A DNA stretch of 63,893 nucleotides, the filler included, from Mycoplasmatota bacterium (GTDB taxonomy: Bacteria; Bacillota_I; Bacilli_A; RF39; UBA660), in NCBI GenBank assembly GCA_012727915.1. It is 9 parts of 9 records of this genome, joined end to end, with 100 filler letters (N's around TTAATTAATTAA, not from the genome) between each part and the next. Parts side by side here need not be neighbours in the genome. Positions count along the whole stretch, not along the records: positions 20,875 to 26,016 come from JAAYGD010000073.1; positions 26,117 to 38,351 come from JAAYGD010000074.1; 7 more parts are not named here. One strand, given 5' to 3'. The notes under the pieces were generated by a model. It was given only the letters and a program-made list of their open reading frames with translations, did no database searches and was not told where the DNA came from. The stretch's first letter is position 1. Every line of letters begins with the position of its first letter. This document shows positions 20,875 to 31,663 of the stretch, piece after piece. The position numbers were made by a program, and so were the translations under genes.

Positions 20875-23760
20875 GTTGAAAATTTTACAAGAAGATTTGC
20901 TGAATCAGCAGCATTTAATAAAGATTATAATATAGTAATACATGATGTTGTTGAAGAACCTCCAAAAGTAAGTTTAAGTATTGTTACAAATGCAGTTGAT
21001 ATGAAAGGCGAAAAATATAACGTAGTTCAAAAGATTGATTCTATATATGAGGCCATATACAAAAGAAATATGTTATATGATGAGAAGTATTTTGAAGATT
21101 ATGAAAATATAATTGGAAAACCAGGTACAGTTCCAGAAGAAATATATAAAGATGGAAAATGCCCAAATGCAAATAGTGGAATAGATGAATGTATATCAGG
21201 AGATTTGCAATTTTTAGGATGGGAAACAATCCCGGCCTTTAATGATCAATTATGCCCTCAAGATTTAGTTAAGTTAAGACCAGAAGATAGAGATGCAGAA
21301 TATAGAGAATGTGTATGTGGAAAATGGGATTTGCCTAAAAAAGAAATAGTAAATAGTGGAAATCCAGTTATTGGTGGAGGAAAAGCAGTATATACTTGGA
21401 AATTTAATAAAAATGGCCCTGTTAATAATATAGATACAAGTATAAAATCAGAAGTAGTTGCAGGTGTGTGCACAAGAGGTTTAAATTTATTAATAAAAGA
21501 TGATTTGCCAGGGACCTTAATGGGAGGAATTGAATGTCCTCCAGAAGGAATATTTTTGGTAAAAGGCCAAACGCAAAGAATATATCCTAGATATATTCCA
21601 AAAGAATCAATTAATAGAAAACTAACTTGGGAAAAGAGTAATGAAGGTATTTCGATTGTTCAACAAGTAGGATCAATATATTATCCTAACAAAGATTATG
21701 TAGATGTTACAGGAAAATATGAGGGAGAATCTGTAGTTAAGTCTACAACAAGCAATGGAATTTCAGCAACTTGTAAGGTAACTGTTTATGATGTTGATAA
21801 ATTACTCACATGTCCTCCTGGAGGGGTAACAATACCTTCTGGAGCACATGGAATGGCAATTCTACAAAATAATGTTTCTGTTCCAGGGATGACTTATAGC
21901 ATAAGTAATTCTAATATTGCAAAAATAAATCAAAATGGAAAAATTATTACAACTGCAAATTTAAATGCAGAAGCAAATATAACTTATACTATCTCTGTTG
22001 GAGGTAAATCAGTAAATTGTCCATTAAAAGTAACTGCATCAAATGATAAAGTGGCTACTATTTATCCAAGTGGAAGTAATAGTTGTACTGTCGGTTCTAT
22101 TCAAAGAAAAAAATGGAATATTAATCCTTCTCGAGTTTGCGCTTTTCATATTGAATTCAGTGAAGCAACCTTTATGGCTTTAGCTTTGAGTGGCTCAAAT
22201 TTAGAAATTAGAAAATGCAGCGTAAATACTCCTTTCGAAAGTTGCGGAAGTGGGGTTTGGGATTCAACACAATCGATACCTTTGAGCGTGTCTTCTGGAA
22301 AAAATTTTATAGTTACGAAAAGTATTTCCAATTATAATAAATCAAGTGGTAACTACAATATATCTGTTCAAGTTCGAGTTAATCACGTTGGATGGCAACC
22401 CGATTTAATTGCGAGAAATTGTAGATCAATGAATCTCTATGAAACTTTTAATTATGAAGTTAGTGGAAAGGCTCTTTCTAATGAGACTGAATATTGTCAA
22501 AATTTGAAGTTGGACGATTCTTTATTAACAAGGTCAATGGAAGGAGCAGCAATGAGTTGTGATGCGCCTATTCCTGGATTTAAACCGTCAAGCGCATCAT
22601 TAAGTTTTGCATCACTTGAGGGAGATAAAGTTATTTGGGAAAAACGAGCAGGAGGAGAATTAATTAATTTAAATAAAACTACAGGCAAAGATATTACAAT
22701 GACAGCAGTAAAAGGATTGGGTGGCGGAGATGTTACATTAATGGCAACAGTAAGGGATAAAAACAATACAAAGGTTTTTGAAAAAACTTGTGATTTTACA
22801 GTAAGTGTTGATGCATGTAGTGTCCTATCGTTAACTTCTAGTAAATCATGCATAAAAACAGATCAAAGTGCATGGTTTTCAGTGTCAGATGGTTCTAGTT
22901 CTTTTTTAGGAAATTCAATTTGGACTTGGAATAGCAATTATTTAAATCCAAAGTATTTTAGCGATGTGACATCAACAGATAATGTAATGCATTTTGTAGC
23001 TAAAGATGTTGGTACTGCTACTACTTCTGTTTCGGTTAGAAGACAAGCGAAATGTATTACTTCAGGAAATTATGTGAGTGATTCTGTAACTATAGATATT
23101 CATCCTAAGGGAGATTATTATTGCCCGAGTGAAAACTATCCGGTTTTAATATCAAATAATAGATGTACCAATTTATTTAATATGGAACGCAGTGGAAAAC
23201 CTCCAACTTGTAGTTCGAATCAAGTGTCTTATGATGGTAAATGTTATAATCAAAGTGATATGCCTGATGCAGCCTATATTCCTCCAAAATGTCCGAGTGG
23301 CAGCACACTAATGTGTGCAGGCGGAAGTTCACAAGGATGTAGCAGTTACTTTTGTGGAACCACAGAAAAAAGTAAAGTGTGTCCAAATTATACTTTGAGT
23401 GGGACTTGTTATAAATCAAGAAACAGTGTTTCTTTACAAGAATGTAGGGCTGATGGAGGGACGTTTAGCAATAAATATTGTTATTTCGATAAACAACCAA
23501 GTAGTGTGAAAGTTTGCCCGAGTGGTACAACAAAGTCAGCTGATGGAAAAAAATGTTATAATACTGTTGAAATAGACGACGCTTATTATGAATGTAAAAA
23601 AGGTTACCAGACGGGATACATGATTTATAATAAATGCATATTTAATACCACACCATCGGTTGAAGCTTTAGATTGTACAAAATATGGTGCAAATTATGGA
23701 TATGACACAGTGTCTAAACAGTGTCTTCCAGGGATTCCAGCAGTCCCTAATAACTGTTAA
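20875..23760 (+). CDS. Large Cys-rich surface protein with DUF5411-like N-terminus and Ig-like domains, 5'-partial
   Basis: Frame open from contig edge: VENFTRRFAES...IHDVVEEPPKVSL...VQKIDSIYE; Big_2-like segments (LTWEKSN...SATCKVTV); C-terminal CPSG-type Cys repeats. Confidence 0.65.
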   Translation, partial: VENFTRRFAESAAFNKDYNIVIHDVVEEPPKVSLSIVTNAVDMKGEKYNVVQKIDSIYEAIYKRNMLYDEKYFEDYENIIGKPGTVPEEIYKDGKCPNANSGIDECISGDLQFLGWETIPAFNDQLCPQDLVKLRPEDRDAEYRECVCGKWDLPKKEIVNSGNPVIGGGKAVYTWKFNKNGPVNNIDTSIKSEVVAGVCTRGLNLLIKDDLPGTLMGGIECPPEGIFLVKGQTQRIYPRYIPKESINRKLTWEKSNEGISIVQQVGSIYYPNKDYVDVTGKYEGESVVKSTTSNGISATCKVTVYDVDKLLTCPPGGVTIPSGAHGMAILQNNVSVPGMTYSISNSNIAKINQNGKIITTANLNAEANITYTISVGGKSVNCPLKVTASNDKVATIYPSGSNSCTVGSIQRKKWNINPSRVCAFHIEFSEATFMALALSGSNLEIRKCSVNTPFESCGSGVWDSTQSIPLSVSSGKNFIVTKSISNYNKSSGNYNISVQVRVNHVGWQPDLIARNCRSMNLYETFNYEVSGKALSNETEYCQNLKLDDSLLTRSMEGAAMSCDAPIPGFKPSSASLSFASLEGDKVIWEKRAGGELINLNKTTGKDITMTAVKGLGGGDVTLMATVRDKNNTKVFEKTCDFTVSVDACSVLSLTSSKSCIKTDQSAWFSVSDGSSSFLGNSIWTWNSNYLNPKYFSDVTSTDNVMHFVAKDVGTATTSVSVRRQAKCITSGNYVSDSVTIDIHPKGDYYCPSENYPVLISNNRCTNLFNMERSGKPPTCSSNQVSYDGKCYNQSDMPDAAYIPPKCPSGSTLMCAGGSSQGCSSYFCGTTEKSKVCPNYTLSGTCYKSRNSVSLQECRADGGTFSNKYCYFDKQPSSVKVCPSGTTKSADGKKCYNTVEIDDAYYECKKGYQTGYMIYNKCIFNTTPSVEALDCTKYGANYGYDTVSKQCLPGIPAVPNNC

Positions 23761-23778
23761 TATGAAAGGAAAAAACAA

Positions 23779-24549
23779 ATGAATATAAAAAAAATTATTT
23801 TTATAATATTTTTATTTCTTATAATTAATAATGTTAGCGCTCAGGAATTAGATAAAATTAAGATTGATTCATTTAAAACAAATATTGCTGTTTCTGAAGA
23901 AGGAAAATACTACATATCTGAAGAATATGATTATTCTATTAAATTTGGGGCAGAACCCAGTGAAAGATATTTTTATAAATTGTTGAAAAACAACTATGAT
24001 TATAGTTACGGTAATAAAATGTATAAACATTTACCAGATTATGATATTACAGACATCCAAACCGAACTTGGAAGTGGAATGAACCAAACAGAAAATGGAT
24101 TATTACTATATTTTGGAAAAAGCGAAAAGCTTCTAAATGAAAAAGGTAATATACAGTTAGATTATGTTGCTACTTTTGATGAGAAAGAAAAAGATGTATA
24201 TTCATATGTAATAAGCGATAATCAATATGAAACAGATAAGATTTATTTTTTGATAATGTTTCCTTTCGAATTAAACAACAAAGTTATTGAATTTTCTTTA
24301 AATAATAAAGATTTTACTTCAAAAATATATCAGCTTGAATATAATATTAAAGACTTAATATTTATCGAAGGAACATATGTTCATAAACTCAAAGAGAACG
24401 AAACGCTTTCTTTTCGAGTTGCATCACAAAATTCTCGAGAGTCAATTGAAAAAAGTATTAATTGGGTACTTATAATTATAATATTTATTGTTATATTTCC
24501 GATATTTATATTAATAACAAAAAGAAAATTGACAAAAAGAAATATTTGA
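23779..24549 (+). CDS. Secreted, C-terminally anchored protein, DUF2207 N-terminal-like
   Basis: Signal peptide like that of the 304 gene, IDSFKTNIAVSEEGKYYISEEY, single C-terminal TM plus basic tail. Confidence 0.55.
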   Translation: MNIKKIIFIIFLFLIINNVSAQELDKIKIDSFKTNIAVSEEGKYYISEEYDYSIKFGAEPSERYFYKLLKNNYDYSYGNKMYKHLPDYDITDIQTELGSGMNQTENGLLLYFGKSEKLLNEKGNIQLDYVATFDEKEKDVYSYVISDNQYETDKIYFLIMFPFELNNKVIEFSLNNKDFTSKIYQLEYNIKDLIFIEGTYVHKLKENETLSFRVASQNSRESIEKSINWVLIIIIFIVIFPIFILITKRKLTKRNI

Positions 24550-24556
24550 GTATAAT
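24529..24556 (+). promoter_or_regulatory. Sigma-A promoter
   Basis: TTGACA-N16-TATAAT. Confidence 0.75.
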
Positions 24557-24588
24557 AATTTCAATTAAAAAAAAGGGGGTGTAGTATT

Positions 24589-25869
24589 ATGAGTAATAAA
24601 AAATTGATTTCTTATTTAACTGCTATGCTTATGATGATTTCACGCGGAATTACACCAATTAAAGCAGATACGATTTTACCGAACATTTCTGATGATTATA
24701 TAAGCCAAGATATTAAAGATAATAGAGCGGCATTGTTGCCAATTTATTCTTTATTAAATATGACAAAAGAACAAGGTCAACAAAAATTTAAATTACGAGA
24801 TTTTAATCTGGCTAGTTTTTTGTTTAACGACGGATCGCTAATTACAATTCCATCTTTAGAAATAAGTTATAATATTATTGATGATAAAGATAAAAATACA
24901 GAAGATAATATAATTAATTTAAAATATGGAATCTCAATACTAAGATCTGATTTTAAAAAATTAATAAACAATGACGAGATATATGATAGATTTTCAAATT
25001 TAGATTTAGCTTATTTATCGTTAGAACCTGCTTCGAAAAGAGTAATGATAATTGAACCGCTTACTTCCGAAAATCATTTAAATCCAGATTTTTTCAAAAG
25101 AATATTTATAAATAATCCAGAATTAGAAGTATCAAAAATAAAGGAATATAGGTTTGAAGAATATTTGTCAAAGTACTTACGTATTAAAGATTTAAAACAA
25201 GTTGGAATAAATCCAGAAGATTTTGAAGAGGAAATAACTTTGGAAGAGTTTAGAGACAAATATTACTTAAAGTTTGTAAAAGAAATAGATTTGCCTATAG
25301 AACATAATTCAACATACCCAAATCCTTCAATTCCTAAATTAAAGCAAGAATTTTTAGATTTGGATTTATCTACACAAAAAGAAATAGTATTAGCGGAAGT
25401 GGCAAGCGGCAGAGACACAGAAAAGATATTAATATGCAGATATGAATCAAACAAATGTTATGATTTTTTTACTGACGAAGAAATAGAATTTGAAAACAAT
25501 TCTTCGAAATTAAAAAGTGATGGGTTAGATGGACAATTAACAAAAGGAGTTTTTATGCTCTTAAATATTGAGTTTTGGAAACCCAGATCAATTGATTTAA
25601 ATATCGGTATAAGAGAAGGAAGAGAATATTTATATCAATTATTAGGTGCTGCTAAACAAATGAAAACTATTGAGGATTTAATAATAGCATACCAAAAAAT
25701 TCCATTAGAATATCAAATTGATTATAGTTACTTTGATTTTACTAATAGTCCTAATGTTGAACAAACTGATAAGTCAAGCAAAGTTGTTGATGAAAAAGGA
25801 AATTTCGTTGCAGATCTTGATAATATGACTGTAAGACCTAAAGTTAAAGCATTAAATAAAGAAAGTTAA
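24589..25869 (+). CDS. Hypothetical protein with signal-peptide-like N-terminus
   Basis: 426-aa ORF with own promoter and GGGGGT RBS; no recognised family. Confidence 0.75.
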   Translation: MSNKKLISYLTAMLMMISRGITPIKADTILPNISDDYISQDIKDNRAALLPIYSLLNMTKEQGQQKFKLRDFNLASFLFNDGSLITIPSLEISYNIIDDKDKNTEDNIINLKYGISILRSDFKKLINNDEIYDRFSNLDLAYLSLEPASKRVMIIEPLTSENHLNPDFFKRIFINNPELEVSKIKEYRFEEYLSKYLRIKDLKQVGINPEDFEEEITLEEFRDKYYLKFVKEIDLPIEHNSTYPNPSIPKLKQEFLDLDLSTQKEIVLAEVASGRDTEKILICRYESNKCYDFFTDEEIEFENNSSKLKSDGLDGQLTKGVFMLLNIEFWKPRSIDLNIGIREGREYLYQLLGAAKQMKTIEDLIIAYQKIPLEYQIDYSYFDFTNSPNVEQTDKSSKVVDEKGNFVADLDNMTVRPKVKALNKES

Positions 25870-25901
25870 CAGATACTTATATTAAATAGTATGATGATAT
25901 T

Positions 25902-25930
25902 AAAAAAGATTAATTATTTAATCTTTTTTT
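25902..25930 (+). terminator. Intrinsic terminator-like hairpin
   Basis: AAAAAGATTAA-ttat-TTAATCTTTTT. Confidence 0.55.
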
Positions 25931-25973
25931 ATTATTATGATATAATTTATTTATACTATGTGGAGGTTTAAAT

Positions 25974-26016
25974 ATGTATAAAAAAATATTAAAAACGTTT
26001 ATATTTACTTTAATAA
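25974..26016 (+). CDS. Start of a signal-peptide protein, 3'-partial
   Basis: GGAGG RBS then MYKKILKTFIFTLI, cut by linker. Confidence 0.55.
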
Positions 26017-26116
26017 NNNNNNNNNNNNNNNNNNNNNNNNNNNNNNNNNNNNNNNNNNNNTTAATTAATTAANNNNNNNNNNNNNNNNNNNNNNNNNNNN
26101 NNNNNNNNNNNNNNNN
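26017..26116. other. Artificial contig linker
   Basis: N/TTAATTAATTAA/N spacer. Confidence 0.99.
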
Positions 26117-26192
26117 ATATAAATTTTTTCACCTATAGCATAATAATCATTAATATTAGAAAACACCATTATGCATCCTCCGTTCTGTATAA

Positions 26193-26804
26193 TTAAGATA
26201 TGTTTGTTTTTTTAACAATATCTAGTCTATTATTTTCTTTTATAAGCATTAAAATACATTCTTTTTCATATCCATAATCGCTTTCATATTCCCAATTTAA
26301 AAATAATTTATATGATTGATATTCTTTTTCTTTATATTCAAAGGTTGTTTCTTCAATACTAATTACATTTACTTTTTTTACTAATGGTAATTCTTTCATA
26401 TTAGGATTCAAATATTTATATATAGTATCAGAAGCTTTTAAACTAAAATTATCTTTAAATTCTGAATATATAAATTGAACTCCTCCAACATCATAAGAAG
26501 ATGTTTTATTTTTCAAACTATAAAAATCAATAATAAATAATTTTGAAATACTTTTTGCGTATTCTTCATAATTAATATCATCCTTATCTAAAATGTTTTT
26601 TAAAGTAATAAACTCAGTTTTAAATAATTCAATATCACTTTCTACTTGAATATAATTAAAATTCTTTATTTCATTTTCAATTACTACTTCTTTTTCTTTT
26701 TTATTAAAAAAGAAATTAAATATAACAACAAAAATAGTAATTAAAATTATTACTAATAAAAATATCTTAGTTATTTTTTCGGTTATTTTTAATTTATCAA
26801 TCAT
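26193..26804 (-). CDS. Hypothetical single-pass membrane protein
   Basis: N-terminal TM then soluble domain; start overlaps the LtaS-family stop. Confidence 0.75.
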   Translation of the reverse strand: MIDKLKITEKITKIFLLVIILITIFVVIFNFFFNKKEKEVVIENEIKNFNYIQVESDIELFKTEFITLKNILDKDDINYEEYAKSISKLFIIDFYSLKNKTSSYDVGGVQFIYSEFKDNFSLKASDTIYKYLNPNMKELPLVKKVNVISIEETTFEYKEKEYQSYKLFLNWEYESDYGYEKECILMLIKENNRLDIVKKTNIS

Positions 26805-28777
26805 TTATTAGCCTCACTAATATCCTTAGTTTTTTTAATATAATCGCATACAACAATATCATTTGAAATATTTAATAATTCTTCAGCTTTTTCTTTATTC
26901 ATAGTAATATAATCATCACTAATAACTTCTTTTTCTAAAGGCAAATATTCTTCCTTTTGATTATTATAATACATTTTATCTGTTAACCAATTTCCGTTTT
27001 GGAATACAACAATATTTTCTTTTAAATTAAAAATATCATTACCAAGAGAATATTCATTATAAAAGTCAAACATATTACCTAAAGTAGGAAGAACATCTAC
27101 CATTCCCATTACTGTTTTAACTTCTTTTTTAAAAGAATTATTTTTTGTCCATATAATTAAAGGAACTTTTCTATTTAACTCATATGAATAATAATCAAAT
27201 TCTTTATAATTCGGATCATTTTTATCTAAAATCGAATCCGATAATGGGTTATAATTATAAAACCTATCATATTCGTTTTTTAACAATCTTGCATCATGAT
27301 CACCATATATTAATAAGACTGTATCTTCTAATAAACCCGCTTCATCTAAACCTTTAATAAATTCTCCAATAGCAGAATCCGCATAATGAGAAGATTTTAT
27401 ATAATTTCCTAATTTATTGTTTTCTAAGTAAGGAACGGTTCTCTTCTCTAACTCTCCATATTCATTTTCAACTTCTATCTCCATAGATAAATCAAATTCA
27501 CCATATTTTTCCAATTCCATAAATGGAGTATGATTACTTAATGTTATCATATTAGCATAAAAATTAGCATTATTTAAACTAATTTCTTTAATTAAAGGTA
27601 TTGATTGTCTAAAAAAAGATTTATCAGATAAACCTAAACCTATATTTTCATCAAGTTCATAATATGATTCATGAAAAAACTTGTTATATCCTAATTTTTC
27701 ATGCATTACTATTCTATTCCAAAATGTTCCAATATTTCCATGCATACTGAAAGAATAATAACCTTTTTCATTAAGCATTTTAGGTAATGTTTTATACTCT
27801 CTATCCCAATAACTAACAAAAATAGTTCCACTCTTTACTGGCAAAAGTGAAGTAGATAAAGTGAATTCTGTATCACTACTAGTACCAACACCAACTTGAG
27901 AATAAAAATTAGAAAAATATATTCCTTCTTTTGATAGTTTATTTAAATTAGGAGTTACTTCTACACCGTTAAATTCTAAATCTAATAAAAATTGTTGAAT
28001 ACTTTCAGCGTGTATTGCAATTAAATTTTTACCTTTAAATATATTAGTAAACTCATTATTAATTTTTTTATTATCTCTTTCTTCATAATAAGCTTCAACT
28101 TTTCTTATAGATTGTTCACAGCCAAACATATTATTAATATTTGGTTCAAAACTTCTTATAATATCATTAGCTTGATATATGTATATTCCAAATTTACTTA
28201 CTATGTATTCTTTGCTCCATTGTTCTGATAAACTATTAATATTAACTCCGAATATTAATATATAAGATACTAATACAAAAGTAGATAAAGACATACACGA
28301 ATAAAATGTTTTTTTATTAATTTTATTTTCTTTGTTTTTTTTATCTCTTAATAATAAACAAAGCACAAATGAAGGCCATATATATATCAAATCTTTATAT
28401 TGAAAAACACTATCCTTTATTGCGTCCTTTACATCAGATAATTGAAACATTATACTAATTAAAGAAACAGATAAAAAAGAAGAATAAAATGTATAATAAA
28501 TGCTATTAGCAACTGTAATAATAATAGATAAAATTAAAATAATACTATAATAGATATTTCTTTTTTTATTTTCTAATAAAAAACCAAAAGAACACAATAA
28601 CAAAATAAAGCCAAAAGTACCAAAAAACGGTTTCAAATTAAGTATATTACCAATCGTAAAAGCTCTTAACAAAAAATCATTAATCAAAGCACTAATTAAA
28701 GTCAAAAAAAACAATTTATTATCCAATAAATCTTTTTTACTAATTTTAATTTTACTTAGTATTTTTTTGATTTTCAT
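26801..28777 (-). CDS. LTA synthase family (LtaS-type sulfatase) protein
   Basis: About five TMs, HAESIQ, VTPNLN, GTSSDTEF, LSNHTPF, YGDH. Confidence 0.9.
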   Translation of the reverse strand: MKIKKILSKIKISKKDLLDNKLFFLTLISALINDFLLRAFTIGNILNLKPFFGTFGFILLLCSFGFLLENKKRNIYYSIILILSIIITVANSIYYTFYSSFLSVSLISIMFQLSDVKDAIKDSVFQYKDLIYIWPSFVLCLLLRDKKNKENKINKKTFYSCMSLSTFVLVSYILIFGVNINSLSEQWSKEYIVSKFGIYIYQANDIIRSFEPNINNMFGCEQSIRKVEAYYEERDNKKINNEFTNIFKGKNLIAIHAESIQQFLLDLEFNGVEVTPNLNKLSKEGIYFSNFYSQVGVGTSSDTEFTLSTSLLPVKSGTIFVSYWDREYKTLPKMLNEKGYYSFSMHGNIGTFWNRIVMHEKLGYNKFFHESYYELDENIGLGLSDKSFFRQSIPLIKEISLNNANFYANMITLSNHTPFMELEKYGEFDLSMEIEVENEYGELEKRTVPYLENNKLGNYIKSSHYADSAIGEFIKGLDEAGLLEDTVLLIYGDHDARLLKNEYDRFYNYNPLSDSILDKNDPNYKEFDYYSYELNRKVPLIIWTKNNSFKKEVKTVMGMVDVLPTLGNMFDFYNEYSLGNDIFNLKENIVVFQNGNWLTDKMYYNNQKEEYLPLEKEVISDDYITMNKEKAEELLNISNDIVVCDYIKKTKDISEANK

Positions 28778-29615
28778 TTTCCCCTCTTTTTTCTTCATTC
28801 ATTCTTTTTGAATTATTTACGTTAATGATTAATCCAATTATAAATATGGAAGATATAAAATATAACCACATAAGTAATATAATTATATTAGATAAACTAC
28901 CATATAATATATCATATCTATGAGTCAAAGATATATATAATGAGTATATTATAGTAACTATAATTAATAATATTGTAGTAAATAAAGATCCCCAACTTAC
29001 ACTTTTACTTTTTATATTTTCATTAGGTGCCAAAGTATATATAATTTTAATTATAAAATATATTACAAAGAATGAAATCGGAAATTTTATTATTTTATAT
29101 ATCATTTCTATTCCATTAGACATATTATCAAAAGGTTCTAACTCTATTATCAAATTCATAATAGAATTCCCCCATCCTAATACAATAAACATAAATATAA
29201 CTAATACAACCATCAAAAATGCCATTAAAATTGATTTTATTCTATTTTTTATTTTAGAAATAAATGAATCTTCAACTATACCATATAATACATTTGCAAT
29301 TCTTATAACTGAATACATTCCATTTGAAGATATAGAAATTGCTAATAAAGTAAATATTACTCCATCAAAGTATATACCATCTCTACTAAGAAATCTGTTT
29401 AATATTTCACCAGTTTCTCCAGGAAATGTACTTATAATAAAATTTCTTAAAACTTCGATTGATATTGATAAATTATACGCTATTAAACCAATTAATGATA
29501 GCATAGGAATAAAAGACAAAACAAAAGAAAAAGACAAATGACCAGGTAACATTGATACTACTGGTCTTTTTAATGTATCCCCTATTTCTTTTATAAAAAG
29601 TTTTGTCTTTTCCAT
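28752..29615 (-). CDS. YihY/virulence factor BrkB family protein
   Basis: Multi-TM; LSFIP, YTLAPN, YGSLSNIIILLMWLYF. Confidence 0.88.
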   Translation of the reverse strand: MEKTKLFIKEIGDTLKRPVVSMLPGHLSFSFVLSFIPMLSLIGLIAYNLSISIEVLRNFIISTFPGETGEILNRFLSRDGIYFDGVIFTLLAISISSNGMYSVIRIANVLYGIVEDSFISKIKNRIKSILMAFLMVVLVIFMFIVLGWGNSIMNLIIELEPFDNMSNGIEMIYKIIKFPISFFVIYFIIKIIYTLAPNENIKSKSVSWGSLFTTILLIIVTIIYSLYISLTHRYDILYGSLSNIIILLMWLYFISSIFIIGLIINVNNSKRMNEEKRGENENQKNTK

Positions 29616-29623
29616 ACATTCCT

Positions 29624-31663
29624 CTACACATCAAGTGGTCTATTTTCTTTATTAGTTAGCATATCTAAAGTAGCTTCATTTATTGCATCTTCAATTTCTT
29701 TAATATCATCATTAATAGTACTATAACCCAATGTAGCACCATGTTCATATGGAAGATCTCTAAACAATCTTTGTAACTTTCTAACATAATCTAAAACATA
29801 TGTCTTATCATATCCTACCATATATACTAAAAACTCATTTCCATCAGTTCTTATTATTTCGGATTTTTCTATTTGATTACTTATCAATATATTGGCAGCA
29901 GCTTTAATTAATCTGTCTCCTTCTTTATAACCAAAATTGTTGTTTACATCCTTTAATCTATTTAAATCAATAATAATTATAGTTTTAGGGAATGTTTTTG
30001 AGTCATCCCATTTTTCTACATTCTCTATTAAATAATTTCTATTTTTTAAAGAAGTTAAAGCATCTATATATTTAGTATTTCCGTATTTATTAATCTTTAC
30101 ATTAGTTCTCTTTTTAAATAATAATATAAATGAAAGAATAATTACTATACCTAACAAAATATATTGAGTATCACTAATATCTGATAAAAAATTAGCTTTT
30201 AATAATTTAGTCATTCCTTGATTAATTAAAGATTTATGATTAGAATTCATCAAATAAAATTGAAATATTTTTGAAAAAGTATCATTAATTTCATCATTAT
30301 TAACTCCATAATTGTATTTAATATCAGATACTCCTTCATATGTAATATAATAATCTTTTAATTTAGTACTTTTATAAAAATTATATATATTTAAATCTAA
30401 CATTACTAGAGGATCTTTATTCTTTAATAAATTATTTATTCTAGTATAAGTCTTTACTTCAGCTCCACTATTCTTATTAGTATAATTTGCTAATTCTGTA
30501 TCTTTTAATGTATATATTGTTTTACCTCTCAACGAAGGAAAAGAATCAATAGTAATATTATTTTCAATATGAGACAATATTACATAATTACTTGAATATA
30601 CCGGCATAGAATATCTAACGTTTTTTATACCATCATAACTATAATAATTAAAATAAATATCAACTTTATTTTTATTAAATGCATCTTCCAAATCCTTAAT
30701 ATTATTATATTTTTTATAGTTAATTTTAGCTCCTGAAAATTCCTCAAATCCTTTTAAAAATTCATTGTTAAGCCCTTGATGATTTCCTGCTTTTTCAATA
30801 TCATATGGTAAATTATCTACATAACCATATATATATACTCTACTCTTAAAATCTGAAATCTTTTTTTCATCTATTTTGCTTAATTCAAAATAATACTTAT
30901 TTAATTCCTCTGTATACAATTTATCATAATTAATAATTATCCATTCTTTAAGTTTCTTTGTAATTATCGAATTTAATTCTTTGTTCCCATCTAAATCAAA
31001 TACATAAGAATTATATAAAGCACTTAAATTATATACTACAAAATAATTACTACTGATTATTTTACCTAAATATTGAGTTCTTGGTATTACTATATAATCT
31101 ACTTCTCCACTATCAAATTTAGAAAATAATGATATTATATCGTCATTTGAAACAAAAGTTAATGATGAATCCGTTTCTAAATACTTAGATACTTCATCAA
31201 GATTATCTTTTAACACACCTATTTTTCTATCGCTTAACAAGTTAAAATTACTTATCTTTTCTTCAATTTTACCTAATAACACATAATTATCTTCATACAA
31301 TAAAATATGATTATCCTTCAAATCTTCATTTTCAGATAATATTCTAAAAGATAAGTCATATGTAGAAGTACTATCATTTGATAATTTATTCAAATCCAAC
31401 CCAGTTGTTTGTTCAAAATAATCTAAAAAAGTTAAAATAATACCTTCGCCTTCATTTGCAAATATTGGGATATCATTAACTATACTTATATCTATAACCT
31501 TATTTTTATTGTTTTCAATCCATCTTTTTTCATTTAAAGTTAAATCAAAATTTTCTTCTTTTTTTCTAAATAAAAAAGATATTAATAAAAAAATTATTAT
31601 TAATAGAGAAAATACACCTATTATAATAAGTTTCTTTTTATTCTTCTTCTGCTTCTGCTTCAT
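29624..31663 (-). CDS. Solute-binding-domain sensor with degenerate GGDEF domain
   Basis: TM, two PBP-like extracellular domains, TM, DALTSLKNR, DLNRLKDVNNNFGYKEGD, RTDGNEF. Confidence 0.82.
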   Translation of the reverse strand: MKQKQKKNKKKLIIIGVFSLLIIIFLLISFLFRKKEENFDLTLNEKRWIENNKNKVIDISIVNDIPIFANEGEGIILTFLDYFEQTTGLDLNKLSNDSTSTYDLSFRILSENEDLKDNHILLYEDNYVLLGKIEEKISNFNLLSDRKIGVLKDNLDEVSKYLETDSSLTFVSNDDIISLFSKFDSGEVDYIVIPRTQYLGKIISSNYFVVYNLSALYNSYVFDLDGNKELNSIITKKLKEWIIINYDKLYTEELNKYYFELSKIDEKKISDFKSRVYIYGYVDNLPYDIEKAGNHQGLNNEFLKGFEEFSGAKINYKKYNNIKDLEDAFNKNKVDIYFNYYSYDGIKNVRYSMPVYSSNYVILSHIENNITIDSFPSLRGKTIYTLKDTELANYTNKNSGAEVKTYTRINNLLKNKDPLVMLDLNIYNFYKSTKLKDYYITYEGVSDIKYNYGVNNDEINDTFSKIFQFYLMNSNHKSLINQGMTKLLKANFLSDISDTQYILLGIVIILSFILLFKKRTNVKINKYGNTKYIDALTSLKNRNYLIENVEKWDDSKTFPKTIIIIDLNRLKDVNNNFGYKEGDRLIKAAANILISNQIEKSEIIRTDGNEFLVYMVGYDKTYVLDYVRKLQRLFRDLPYEHGATLGYSTINDDIKEIEDAINEATLDMLTNKENRPLDV

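Noticed and set aside
26117..26169. Minus-strand ORF start MVFSNINDYYAIGEKIY
   Set aside because: Too short before the linker to assign
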